Of a stretch of DNA of 64,000 bases, positions 9,320-19,417 are shown piece after piece. Under the pieces are notes generated by a model. That model was not told the origin of the DNA, did no database searches, and saw nothing but the letters and a program-made list of their open reading frames with translations. The translations under genes were made by a program, and so were the position numbers. Position 1 is the first letter of the stretch; the number at the start of each line of letters is the position of its first letter. The stretch lies in IMG/VR virus record IMGVR_UViG_3300031577_000195, positions 1 through 64,000 of that record, one strand, 5' to 3'. Source of the stretch: a virus. Lineage: Duplodnaviria > Caudoviricetes.

Positions 9320-9718
9320 TCACCGCCCAAATGTAGTCATAAGAATGTTTTTTACGTCAGACAGGTAGTTTTCTAATGTATCACCAAAGTAGTCACCATT
9401 TTTCAATGCTGTGATATAATCGTCAATACTTTGGGCATCAAAAATACCATTGTCACGGTAATACTGAAGGTACTTCCCGAAGTAATCTGCATAATCTTCA
9501 TAACTGCCGAATTGCATATAGTAGCAACTCCCGTCAGGCTGTGGTGTGTCATTAGGTTCAACTTGAGTGAGTCCTCCAAGGTTATGGTATTCTTCTGTTA
9601 AATCTGAAGCAAACTCATTAGTTTCATGCGCCCATTGACTGTAGATCCATTCAGCTTTAATTGGCTCTCCAGCTATTTCTGCGGATACCTTAGCTAAACC
9701 ATAGAAATATTCGTTCAT
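9320..9718 (-). CDS. Glucosaminidase/lysozyme-like (GH73-type) endolysin
   Basis: QWAHET (catalytic Glu), NLGGL, F.SYEDY, Y...L..G.Y..D..Y pattern. Confidence 0.75.
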   Translation of the reverse strand: MNEYFYGLAKVSAEIAGEPIKAEWIYSQWAHETNEFASDLTEEYHNLGGLTQVEPNDTPQPDGSCYYMQFGSYEDYADYFGKYLQYYRDNGIFDAQSIDDYITALKNGDYFGDTLENYLSDVKNILMTTFGR

Positions 9719-9747
9719 AAAATCACCTCCAAACTAAAAATAACGCC

Positions 9748-10281
9748 TTAAGCGTCTGCAGTGGTTGTTGTGGTATCTACTGTAAGAGCGATTGTTGCGT
9801 TTACCGTAGAGCCAGCTACCGCAGTTACACTTACGCTTGCACTTGTATAACCGCTTTCTGTAGCAGTAAATTCATATGTACCTGCCGCCAACCCGGAGAA
9901 CGTAACTTGACCGCTAGAATCAGTCGTCGTTGATCCACCACTATACGAAACTGCTACTCCTTCTATTGCTGTGCCAGAGCTATTGGTTACAGTAATTTCC
10001 ACTATAGTCGTTCGGGTAGTTTGATTTGCAAGCAACGTATCTAATTTTGAAATGTATGTATCACCATCAGACCAAGGTACCGACTGAGCTGTTTCGTTGC
10101 TCCCGTCACTTAAAATATGCCTTGTATCTGGCACATAAATTCTACTGATATAACCAGTAGGCAATCCACTGTAAGTAGCACCAAGATCTGTAGCAAAATT
10201 AGCAGGCGTATCGCAGTACGTTTCGCTTGCTCCGCGCACATAAATCCACCCATCAGGGTGATGTTGAAACATTGTTGACAT
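9748..10281 (-). CDS. Tail-associated protein with C-terminal Ig-like domain
   Basis: ITVTNSSGTAIEGVAVSY domain paralogous to 7715..8281. Confidence 0.6.
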   Translation of the reverse strand: MSTMFQHHPDGWIYVRGASETYCDTPANFATDLGATYSGLPTGYISRIYVPDTRHILSDGSNETAQSVPWSDGDTYISKLDTLLANQTTRTTIVEITVTNSSGTAIEGVAVSYSGGSTTTDSSGQVTFSGLAAGTYEFTATESGYTSASVSVTAVAGSTVNATIALTVDTTTTTADA

Positions 10282-10293
10282 ATCAATAGCCTC

Positions 10294-11013
10294 CTAATAT
10301 TTAATAATGTAATTCAAAACAATGTAAGGTGGCATGTTATTATGAGAACCACCACCACCGGTAGAACCTGTACTTAAAACGGTAGTATTAGTTGTATACG
10401 AACCTGAAGAATTATTATAATCTGTATAGCTAGAACCACTACTACTAGAAGTAGCAGAAGTTTGAGTATGTGAATGACTTGGCATCTCGCTTTTTGTCAA
10501 AGTATGAGTTGATTCGCCGCCAGTAGCCGCCAATGTTGAATAAGTTGAACCTAAACCTAGCGGAAACCTATCCTTGAGACTTGGCAGATTAAAAGTGGTT
10601 GATCCATCGCCCTCACCATAAGTTGTTCCAATGACAGAGTAAAGACTTTCATATGTTGTTCTACTAACTGCTGAACCATCACAAAGTAAATAACCATCAG
10701 GAGCAGTACTGCCTGCATATATAGAAATTGAACCTATAGGAGCAGTATTGATTTCAGATATTGCAGTATCAATGTATTCTTGGTATGTTGCTGTATAGTT
10801 ATAATCAAATACAAGTTTCCAAGTAGGAGTTGTATCTACCAGTTTATATATTTGCTGCAAATCTGTTCTATCACAAAACATCCCTACTACTAGATTTTCT
10901 GTAGGGAACGCCGTACCCGAGTTATTGCTCATAGTTATACTAAAGTTATTATTTATGACCGTTCTACTTTTACATAATTCGTCGTCCTCTGCGATTGTTG
11001 TTAAAGTTTGCAT
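10294..11013 (-). CDS. Tail fibre protein with collar domain
   Basis: PIGSI...APDGYLLCDGSAVSRTTY..L..VIGTTYG.GDGSTTFNLP collar motif. Confidence 0.9.
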   Translation of the reverse strand: MQTLTTIAEDDELCKSRTVINNNFSITMSNNSGTAFPTENLVVGMFCDRTDLQQIYKLVDTTPTWKLVFDYNYTATYQEYIDTAISEINTAPIGSISIYAGSTAPDGYLLCDGSAVSRTTYESLYSVIGTTYGEGDGSTTFNLPSLKDRFPLGLGSTYSTLAATGGESTHTLTKSEMPSHSHTQTSATSSSSGSSYTDYNNSSGSYTTNTTVLSTGSTGGGGSHNNMPPYIVLNYIIKY

Positions 11014-11022
11014 TTTTCCTCC

Positions 11023-11643
11023 TTAATCCCAACTTATTGCTTCTACTTCAGCCACCGTAGTAGCTTCATAGACTTCTGCTTGTAATGACCAAAGTTTAGC
11101 CTTAAGTGTAGCATAGTAAGTAGCCCAATCATCACCTAAAGTAACCATTTCGGTAGACGTAAGATACTGTATGGTCTTAGTGGAATCATCAGCAATCTGT
11201 GATACCTTAGCTCTAATTGGAGCTTGACCTGCTGTAATTCCAGTCATAAATACTGTGACATCATAAGCCGTTGAATCATACTTTGCTTCAGCATATAACC
11301 TTTGGATTACTGCTTGATTCTCTGTGTCGCTATCGTACCACATAGCTGTACCTGAAGCTGAACTTGAGAACCCTGCGGTGTAAGCTGAAGCTGCTGCATT
11401 AGACAACTCGCTTAGTTTTGCTGTTTGTGCTTCGGATACCGTAGAGTAAGCCACAGGTTCACTAAAGGTAGCCGTAGTAGAATCGTATGTCCAACCCACC
11501 TCTGGCTGAGTTGTAAGGCTTGTTATGTCCACAAAAGTAATATCATTTTGGTTATACTTTTGTTCGTATAGTTCATCTAAAGTCAGTTCATCAGTCATTA
11601 TCCAATGAACTTTAGAGTCTAAAATTTGAGCATAAGTGTACAT
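11023..11643 (-). CDS. Tail fibre assembly-like protein (DUF4376-like C-terminus)
   Basis: PEVGWTYD...F..P; KL.EL; C-terminal ATTVAEVEAISW. Confidence 0.7.
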   Translation of the reverse strand: MYTYAQILDSKVHWIMTDELTLDELYEQKYNQNDITFVDITSLTTQPEVGWTYDSTTATFSEPVAYSTVSEAQTAKLSELSNAAASAYTAGFSSSASGTAMWYDSDTENQAVIQRLYAEAKYDSTAYDVTVFMTGITAGQAPIRAKVSQIADDSTKTIQYLTSTEMVTLGDDWATYYATLKAKLWSLQAEVYEATTVAEVEAISWD

Positions 11644-11655
11644 TTGTTGCCTCCT

Positions 11656-12978
11656 TTAGTATTCAACTAGGACGAAACCTGAAGTTCCTGCGTCACCAGC
11701 AGTAGTAGCACCAGAAGTGCCTGCCCCTCCAGAACCGCCTTTACCATAAGTTAAATAACCAACTCCATAACTAGTACCATCAGTTCCACTCCCTGTACCA
11801 CCTGAACCTCCCACTGCCGAAATATATGATCCAAATGAGGATGCGCCACCAGTACCACCAGAGCCACCATAAGAGCTACTACCAACAGAACCTGCAGTAC
11901 CTGCAGCACCAACAGTTACAGTTATAGTTGTTCCTGAAGTTAGTCCAGTGACAACTTGACATATTTTTGCTATAGAATCGCCACCATCACCTCCAGTGTA
12001 TGATGTGGGATAGCCACTGGATGCTACAAAATAAGAACCACCACCACCACCGCCACCACCACCAACAAGTGTTATCCAAACAGAAGTAACATTGTCCGGG
12101 ACAGTGAAAGTCCCCGATGCGGTGTACAATATCTTACCGTTAGAAACACTGTCTGAAGTAGTTGTAATTGAAAGATTCCCACTACCGTCAAAACTGCCGC
12201 TACCAGTTACATCACCAGTTAACTCTATGGTCCTAGCTGTAGCTAATTTAGTAGCTGTACTTGCATTACCCGTTAACGCACCCACGACACCACCAGTAGC
12301 GGTTATTGCTCCAGTTACAGCTAAGGTACTACCTAAACTTGTTACTCCAGTTACCGTAAGTGAACTTGTTAAGGTCGCTGCACCTGCACATGCTAATGCT
12401 CCAGCTAAAGTGGTCTTACCTGTGACACTAACGGTTGAAGAAAACGTAGTTGCACCGCTTATGTCACCACCAGTTTGCAACAGGTAGCCAACGATAGGTT
12501 GATAGTCAACGCATACCCAAACTCCAGAGCCTAAAGATAAGAATTCCATGACATCACCAGCAGCAACAGTAATCGAGGCCGAACCTGGAAGTAGTATTGC
12601 AGATGAACTATAGGTCACCGTAAGAGCCTCAGTAAACCGCAATATTCTACGGACACCTGCATGGATTGTATCGAAAGCTTTAATTGCAGTAGTACCTGAG
12701 ATAATAATAAAAGAGCCGGTTGCGGCTCCAATGTTCATAGTAGATGCACTTGCCATACTAACTGACGAGCTATTAACGACTATCCAGGTAGGTGTAGTGT
12801 CCACCAGAACGTACATTTGGTTTAAATCCGTTCGGTAGCATAGCATCCCTACTACTAGATTTTCTGTAGGGAACGCCGTACCGCTTGAACTGGACATTGC
12901 AGTATAATCATTGTTTATCAATAAAGAACGACTTGCAGTAAGTGTAGTCGTACTTGCTATATCAGTAAAACTCTGCAT
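11656..12978 (-). CDS. Tail fibre protein with C-terminal glycine-rich domain
   Basis: GAGGGG SD + ATG at 12978; GNASTATKLATARTI..GDVTGS..FDGS repeat; FTVP..V..V..TLVGGGGGGG. Confidence 0.85.
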   Translation of the reverse strand: MQSFTDIASTTTLTASRSLLINNDYTAMSSSSGTAFPTENLVVGMLCYRTDLNQMYVLVDTTPTWIVVNSSSVSMASASTMNIGAATGSFIIISGTTAIKAFDTIHAGVRRILRFTEALTVTYSSSAILLPGSASITVAAGDVMEFLSLGSGVWVCVDYQPIVGYLLQTGGDISGATTFSSTVSVTGKTTLAGALACAGAATLTSSLTVTGVTSLGSTLAVTGAITATGGVVGALTGNASTATKLATARTIELTGDVTGSGSFDGSGNLSITTTSDSVSNGKILYTASGTFTVPDNVTSVWITLVGGGGGGGGGSYFVASSGYPTSYTGGDGGDSIAKICQVVTGLTSGTTITVTVGAAGTAGSVGSSSYGGSGGTGGASSFGSYISAVGGSGGTGSGTDGTSYGVGYLTYGKGGSGGAGTSGATTAGDAGTSGFVLVEY

Positions 12979-12989
12979 AGAACCCCTCC

Positions 12990-15464
12990 TTAATATCCAT
13001 AGGCAACCCACCCAACGCTTCCGCTAACAAGAGTACCTCCAGAGTCTACAATTTTCACTGTAAAGCCTGTTTTACTTGTAGTCATAAGCATAGGATAAGT
13101 ACCAACTTCGCCACCTTTCAATGTTACAGTTACCTCTGGAATAGCGTGGAATGTCTTGCTGAAAGTAACCGTGGTAGCTTCAGCCTCTATAGTTGCTGTA
13201 CCTTTATCTGTTATGTCAGGTACATCTACATTTAGTTCCCAATTGCTAACTCCAGGCTTACTTGTTGTTATGCTTGTTTCCAACAGGATTTTAAACAAGG
13301 CTTTTTCATAAGTTAAATCGCCAGCAACAAATGTATTAAATGCTTCGTATCCTGCAGGACTCGTTAAAGCTGTAAAACTATCAAATGTTAAGTCGCCACT
13401 TGATATCGCAATATCACTAAAGATCGCATTAGCATTTCTAAGCATTTCATCGATAACCACAAGGACTTCATCTACCGAAACGCCAATGTCTTTAGCTATA
13501 CTGTCAGCAAAAGTTATGATTTCCTCAATAGCCTTATTAAAAGCTACAGTTCGTGCAAAAGACTCTGAAGTTGTGAGTGTTTCGCTTAGTATTTTTGCTA
13601 TAGTATTTTCGATACCTTCAGTTGACTTAAGTGTTTCAGCAAGGTTTTTCTCTACAGCTACAGAACATTCAGTGCCACTATTGTAGTACCAACGTATATC
13701 ATTGATATACATAGTTCCTGCTGATGTTGAATAGCCAAAACTTGGCCCATCTGCAAATATAACCTTACCCGTATACGCAGTATTAACTGTTACCGTCATA
13801 GATACAAAATGCCATTTTCCATCTGATGAAATAGTCGTTGATTTATAACTTGATAGTGCAGCACTCCAGTCACTTGTATATACATGAAAGCCAAAATAAG
13901 TAGGACTTGTAGCAGTAGTCCTATACCAAAACTGCAGAGTAAAAGTATCTCCAACACTAAGAGTAAATGAACCAATAGACTTCTCCCATCCGTTCCATTC
14001 ACTAGCAGTTCCATCTTTAGTTAGCATCCAAGTCTTCGCATTAGGATTTGGCGAATCTATTATTGTAGTTGTTACATCTGTGTTTGTTGGACTTCCTCCG
14101 TTTGCTACTTTAGCAGGAGTATAATCAGCGTAATAGTTTCCATTTTCTTGCCCTAAATCCGAAATATCTAAAGTGTCATATAATGTTTTTGTTGTGTCAA
14201 ACCTTAAAGCTTCACTAGTAGCAAGAGCTTCGCTTACGTTTTTACCAAAGGTCTTTTTTATAGTATCTTCGGCCTTAAGGGTTTCGTTTAGTTTTTTATC
14301 TGCTACCTTAGACGTTGTTTCTGTGAATCCTATCGTTTCAGCTAATGTTCTAACAAATGATATAACCCTTGAGAAGTCTTCAGTTAAAGCTACAGTTTCA
14401 CTTACGTTCTTACCTATAGTGCTTTTCGAACCTTCTTTAATAGCCACTGTTTCAGCTAATGCTCTAATGAATGTAACAACGTTTGCAAGACTTTCAGCAA
14501 GGGCTACGGTTTCACTTATTGTTTTAACTAAGTCAAAGGTCATTTCTAAGTTTCTTGGAGTTTTACCATTGTCTACTCTCATACAAGTAAAATCAACACT
14601 CACAGACTCATTCAAAGTAATCGTGGGACACTTAAACGAATAAAATTTATGGTCAGTTCGCGTACTCCCTGCAAGTAATATATTTGTTAAATAATTCCAT
14701 CCATCATCTTGCTCAATACCAACGTCACTAGCCCACCCCGATATATTAGACGCAGTTCCGATCATACTAACTGCCTTACAACCAGACACTAGCCGCCAAT
14801 AAACACTTGATGAATAATAATTACCCGCAGTAAAACTAATTGCTTTACTTGTCATTATCCCATGACCCCAAGTTATGGTTGATAGATAAGTTACTCCTTC
14901 ACTGGTTGTAGGAGTTATTGTACAACGATATATTGGATTTCCATTATATGTCTCATCCAAAGTAGTTATAGCAATAGTTATATAAGACGAGTAATTATTA
15001 TAGGAAGTTGGAGTAGCAACAGTCACTAGGTTAGAACTATCAATAAACAAGCTTTCATTGATTGCCTTGGCCGTATTCTTTACTATACTATCGGAAATCG
15101 AAAGTGAATCTGATATTAATTTGGTCGAGCTTTTTGCAACGCTTTCAGTTAAAGCTACTGTCTCACTTAAAGACCTGATAAAAGAACAAACCCTTGCAAA
15201 ACTATCACTAGTCGCAAGGGTTTCAGCTATACGTTTCGCTATTGTTTTCTTGTTGGTTTCAGCAATTGTTAAAGCTTGAGAAAATGCCTTGGTTACACCG
15301 TTGGAGCTACCTTCTGCTGTAGTCAATGTTTCTCCAATAGTTGTATCATAAGCATATTCACTCGATGTAGCCCAAGTTTTATAACCATCTATGCTACCCC
15401 AAGTATAAGTTGCAGACCATGTACAAGCACTTCCTGCCGTACTTGTCGTATTAACACTCGACAT
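12990..15464 (-). CDS. Tail fibre/spike with repeated ETL..(E/D) stalk and two inserted globular domains
   Basis: ~16-aa periodic SET(V/L)ALxE repeats; W/Y-rich CBM-like insert (GDTFTLQFWYRT...DGKWHFVS). Confidence 0.7.
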   Translation of the reverse strand: MSSVNTTSTAGSACTWSATYTWGSIDGYKTWATSSEYAYDTTIGETLTTAEGSSNGVTKAFSQALTIAETNKKTIAKRIAETLATSDSFARVCSFIRSLSETVALTESVAKSSTKLISDSLSISDSIVKNTAKAINESLFIDSSNLVTVATPTSYNNYSSYITIAITTLDETYNGNPIYRCTITPTTSEGVTYLSTITWGHGIMTSKAISFTAGNYYSSSVYWRLVSGCKAVSMIGTASNISGWASDVGIEQDDGWNYLTNILLAGSTRTDHKFYSFKCPTITLNESVSVDFTCMRVDNGKTPRNLEMTFDLVKTISETVALAESLANVVTFIRALAETVAIKEGSKSTIGKNVSETVALTEDFSRVISFVRTLAETIGFTETTSKVADKKLNETLKAEDTIKKTFGKNVSEALATSEALRFDTTKTLYDTLDISDLGQENGNYYADYTPAKVANGGSPTNTDVTTTIIDSPNPNAKTWMLTKDGTASEWNGWEKSIGSFTLSVGDTFTLQFWYRTTATSPTYFGFHVYTSDWSAALSSYKSTTISSDGKWHFVSMTVTVNTAYTGKVIFADGPSFGYSTSAGTMYINDIRWYYNSGTECSVAVEKNLAETLKSTEGIENTIAKILSETLTTSESFARTVAFNKAIEEIITFADSIAKDIGVSVDEVLVVIDEMLRNANAIFSDIAISSGDLTFDSFTALTSPAGYEAFNTFVAGDLTYEKALFKILLETSITTSKPGVSNWELNVDVPDITDKGTATIEAEATTVTFSKTFHAIPEVTVTLKGGEVGTYPMLMTTSKTGFTVKIVDSGGTLVSGSVGWVAYGY

Positions 15465-15476
15465 TTACACTCCTCC

Positions 15477-15974
15477 TTAAGAGAGGGTAAATGTAAACGT
15501 GACAGTTAGCGTATCGCTTGCACCTTTGTTAATCGTGCTGAATACCACCCGGTTAAGCATAGTGCCACTAGAAGAAGCATTAAATACTGCAGCTTCAGTG
15601 AGTGCCGCAGTTGCAGTGCCAGCAGCAAAAGTAGTTGAAAGAGTAAAGTATTGAGTGCCAGTTGTATGAGCATAAGTTGCAGCAGCTATTGCCGATTGAG
15701 TAACAAGAGCTGTCTGAGAAGTAGCTGCTGCGGTTGTACCTGTGCCTACTGCAATATAACTCATAGCTGTTCCAACTGTACCTGCCACTTGAGCGCAAAT
15801 AAAGTCAAACCCACCTGCTACAATAATATTTTCCTTACGCATAACTTCCACAGAACCATCTTCATGAGTTAACGTAAAATCCCAAGTACCCTTGACCTTA
15901 AGATTCTCCCTATCCTCACTATTGTCAAATTTGTTCATAATGTAGTTTTGCAGTTTTTCCTTAAAGTTTTCCAT
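15477..15974 (-). CDS. Virion tail structural protein
   Basis: NIIV..G...YIAVGTGTTAA...LTEAAVFNASSSGTMLNR motif typical of tail-fibre anchor proteins. Confidence 0.65.
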   Translation of the reverse strand: MENFKEKLQNYIMNKFDNSEDRENLKVKGTWDFTLTHEDGSVEVMRKENIIVAGGFDFICAQVAGTVGTAMSYIAVGTGTTAAATSQTALVTQSAIAAATYAHTTGTQYFTLSTTFAAGTATAALTEAAVFNASSSGTMLNRVVFSTINKGASDTLTVTFTFTLS

Positions 15975-15995
15975 TTACACATCATCCTTTCAAAA

Positions 15996-16023
15996 TAAAA
16001 AAGCCTAACATTTTGTCAGGCTT
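15996..16023 (-). terminator. Intrinsic terminator
   Basis: AAAGCCTGACAAAATGTTAGGCTTTTTT. Confidence 0.7.
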
Positions 16024-19000
16024 TAATCTCCATATAGTCTTAAGGTTGTGAATGTACCGATAGGCTCATAGGATTCTGTTGATGATCCTGAATCATTTGC
16101 AATTATCGACATAACATATAACCTTCGCTCAGTGCTTGTCTGCACGATACCAAAGCATAAGCAATCAACCGAATCATAATCGCAAGTAACTGTATTGAGG
16201 TTCCCCGAACTGTCCTTTAAATAAAAGTAACCGTCAGCATAGCTATAGCCAACAGTTAACTTCCCTGCAGTTCCTTCAAGAGTCGCGTAGATAACACTGT
16301 AATCCATAGTTTCCGAAACCCTTACGTAAAACACAAGATTAAATGCTTCAGGAATCGATACGCTCCAAGAAACCCTTGTGCAATCACTGATATAAGCTCC
16401 GTTTCTAAATGTGCCCTCATCATAAGTAACTCCAGTGCTTTCAGTTGCATCTGTACTTGCAACATCACCAACAAGGGTATTATCCAAAGAAAAACTCTCA
16501 ATAACAGTTGAGTCGTATCCTGTAAATCTAGCTATCTTATTAGCAACAGACATTGATGATGAATCACCTGTAGCCAACCATTCCACCGCCGCATCACCGC
16601 TATCCCAAGTAAACGTTGCATCTTCCCAGTCTATTTCCACATCCTCAACAGCAACGAAATCATAGTTAATCCAGTTTCTAGCAGTACAGCTTTCTCCTAA
16701 ATCAACGTCTACGATATGATAGCCTTTGTATACCTCACCGGATTTTAGCCTTAAGAGTTCACTTTCAGCCACAGTATTCAGCTTTACTCCAGACCAACTA
16801 TTCGTTACTTGATTAATCGTATCGATTATATTACGGTCATCTTCGAGTACTACGCTTAAATCATAGTAAACAGCATCAGCACAATAATTCCCATATTGGT
16901 CAACCGATTTTATCCAATAGATATAGGACGATGAGCCTGGAGAATGCAGTGAATAACTCGTGCTTAAGGTCAACGTCAGTTTAATACCAGAAGACCACGA
17001 AGCCCCTCTCCGAAGTTCATAACGCACATCAGTCCCACTTACCTTGTCCCAACTGAAGTTAATGTAAGAATTGCTACTAGCAGCTGCAAAGCCAGTCACA
17101 GAATCCGGCAAAGTATATGTAGCTGTAACACTAGCCGTATCGGAATAATTCCCCGAAGTATCTACCGCCTTAATGTAGAAAATATATGTCGTAGCGGTAC
17201 TTATAGAAACAAAAAGACTTGTACTAGAAAGCGTATCAGCTATCAAAGTACAGGCGTCAATACCTGCATTATCAGTACCTTGCCATATAGAATAACCGGA
17301 AATATCATTTTCGTCATTTGCTGTCCAAGTTAGGTTAAATCCACCCGCAGTTTCAGTTGCAGCAAAATCGCTTACAGAATCGGGGGCAACATTTTTACCT
17401 GTGATAGTTACGGCATCTGTTATAATCCCACTTGATACCCGTTGCACTGTATTCTCAACCTTGAGTTGAACTATATAGCTATCACCAACAATTACGTTAG
17501 AAAATGTATAAGTAGCATCAGTGGTATACCCTGCGAGTGTATAGGTTGAACCACCATCTATACTATAGTAAACCTTGACTCTACTAAAGTTAGTGTATGT
17601 CGGCAATGTATAGTTAACCGTTAGGGTAGAAATTACAGTTCCATCTTTTTGTATATAGTAGTCCTGTGAAGTAGATACATCAGATACATTAGGTACTGTT
17701 TCAGTATACGGGCTAGACACTGTTGTATAATTTCCTATGCTTATCTGAGAATCCAATGTGTCATCATAGATTGAGCTATTGTACTGCTGTGCTTTAATAG
17801 TCCATAAGCCCTTGTTTTCAGATATCTCAAGTATTCTAAAAGGGGCAGCATCAAGGACACCAAAGGTTAACGTTATAATATCTCCAGGTTGCAAATGCAT
17901 TGCCATCGTTGCCGTACTAAAGGTTACAACTCCAGGACATAACCTATTGATTGCCTTATAGATACGCCCAAGTCGAAGTGCTTGTCCTTGTGAAGTACAA
18001 CCCAAGAGGTCAACATCTTTATTTATGATTTTACTTTTGACCTTTTGATCCCCAATGTCATTCACAAGTACCTTAATGCCAACCCAATTTTGTCCAGGGT
18101 CATAATATTTTATGGTGTACCTGTTGGGTCTATTGTCTAACTCTTCATATTCAAATTTGACACTTTTGATTTTAATGTTGGATTCATCAAAGGCATAAGA
18201 AACAGACTCAGCCTTTTCTATCCTAAGAGATACCTGATCACCGCTGAAAACTAAAAAACCGCCAAAGGCGGCAAGCATATCTTGGACATTCTCTATGTGT
18301 TTCTTTTGTTCAGCTATGACGAAATTTAGTTTGTACCTTTGTTCAGTTACTTCGATACCATAAGCATCATAGTATGATATCTGCGTTTCACAATAGTCCG
18401 CTACCTCAGAAAAACTATCGTCATCAATCATATCCTCAGTTATCCAACGTCCCATGCCATAACGTTTATTTGTAATGTAGTCACGCAAGCAAAGTGCCGG
18501 ATTATCTGACCAGACAGTTGAGCCATCTCTAGGGTCATATACTTTTTTACCTTTGACTATCGCAGCTACCGTAGGGTCACTACCGGTTAAATCATCCGAT
18601 ATCGTAAGGCTTGCCCTAACCCATGCGCAATTTTTGTAGCCACCGACAACCTTATAGTTCGAAGGTGGGTCTTGGTCAGATGCACCATTAGAAAAAGTAT
18701 ACGAACAATCATCAAGTCCATCCATAGAACAACTTACAGGATTGTTGTAGCAGTTTGTAGCTGAGAATTCATAGATTTCACAAGGATCAGTGTCTACGCC
18801 AGCATTATCAGTTATCCTCCAGCCACACCCAAGTTTCTCAATATAGGATATAAGTTCCTGTGTGTAGCACTCTTGGGGATTCGTTTGGAGGTCTTCAAGA
18901 TCATCAGCAGTTCTCAAATGTATAGTCGTAGTTGTACCGTTAGCATAAAGGTTTAGATAATCTCCATTTACCGCTACAGTAGCATCAGTGTAAGCTATGT

Positions 19001-19397
19001 TTTGGATGCTAAAGAGTACACCAGATGAAATCAAAAGACAGTTTGCAGTTACACCTGTGACACCATTAATTTCCCCTTCGCAAAAAATTAAGTCCTTAGT
19101 AAGCGACTGCAAATCTGAAGATGCTCTATGATAAGTTTGGATACCACCAAAGAGCCTCTTACCATAGATTATAGGAATCATGCTTTCAGAATCTACAGTA
19201 TTCTGAACGGCATCAAAGGAGTAACTATTGTCAGTGTCTTGGTGCAATGCAGTCCAAATGGTGGAAGCCAACGATGCACCATAGAGCGCACCTTGGATTG
19301 CTGCTTGGCTACCTACAATACCAAAAGCCCCTGGATTCAACGCACCAAAGGCAACACCCGCAAGTGTCCAAAAGGTTTTACTTTTGCTTTTACCCAA
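16023..19397 (-). CDS. Central tail fibre / host-specificity protein J-like (Fn3 repeats)
   Basis: IPIIYG, CEGEI, V.G.KVYDPR, WSDNPALCLRDY, PGD; Fn3-like repeats; follows hub/K-like genes. Confidence 0.9.
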   Translation of the reverse strand: MGKSKSKTFWTLAGVAFGALNPGAFGIVGSQAAIQGALYGASLASTIWTALHQDTDNSYSFDAVQNTVDSESMIPIIYGKRLFGGIQTYHRASSDLQSLTKDLIFCEGEINGVTGVTANCLLISSGVLFSIQNIAYTDATVAVNGDYLNLYANGTTTTIHLRTADDLEDLQTNPQECYTQELISYIEKLGCGWRITDNAGVDTDPCEIYEFSATNCYNNPVSCSMDGLDDCSYTFSNGASDQDPPSNYKVVGGYKNCAWVRASLTISDDLTGSDPTVAAIVKGKKVYDPRDGSTVWSDNPALCLRDYITNKRYGMGRWITEDMIDDDSFSEVADYCETQISYYDAYGIEVTEQRYKLNFVIAEQKKHIENVQDMLAAFGGFLVFSGDQVSLRIEKAESVSYAFDESNIKIKSVKFEYEELDNRPNRYTIKYYDPGQNWVGIKVLVNDIGDQKVKSKIINKDVDLLGCTSQGQALRLGRIYKAINRLCPGVVTFSTATMAMHLQPGDIITLTFGVLDAAPFRILEISENKGLWTIKAQQYNSSIYDDTLDSQISIGNYTTVSSPYTETVPNVSDVSTSQDYYIQKDGTVISTLTVNYTLPTYTNFSRVKVYYSIDGGSTYTLAGYTTDATYTFSNVIVGDSYIVQLKVENTVQRVSSGIITDAVTITGKNVAPDSVSDFAATETAGGFNLTWTANDENDISGYSIWQGTDNAGIDACTLIADTLSSTSLFVSISTATTYIFYIKAVDTSGNYSDTASVTATYTLPDSVTGFAAASSNSYINFSWDKVSGTDVRYELRRGASWSSGIKLTLTLSTSYSLHSPGSSSYIYWIKSVDQYGNYCADAVYYDLSVVLEDDRNIIDTINQVTNSWSGVKLNTVAESELLRLKSGEVYKGYHIVDVDLGESCTARNWINYDFVAVEDVEIDWEDATFTWDSGDAAVEWLATGDSSSMSVANKIARFTGYDSTVIESFSLDNTLVGDVASTDATESTGVTYDEGTFRNGAYISDCTRVSWSVSIPEAFNLVFYVRVSETMDYSVIYATLEGTAGKLTVGYSYADGYFYLKDSSGNLNTVTCDYDSVDCLCFGIVQTSTERRLYVMSIIANDSGSSTESYEPIGTFTTLRLYGD

Positions 19398-19417
19398 TAA
19401 TAATCACCTCCCTGCCT

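Noticed and set aside
10294-13011. Diversity-generating retroelement or invertible tail-fibre switch
   Set aside because: No reverse transcriptase or invertase in the window; the shared segment is N-terminal, in direct orientation, and does not show adenine-specific variation
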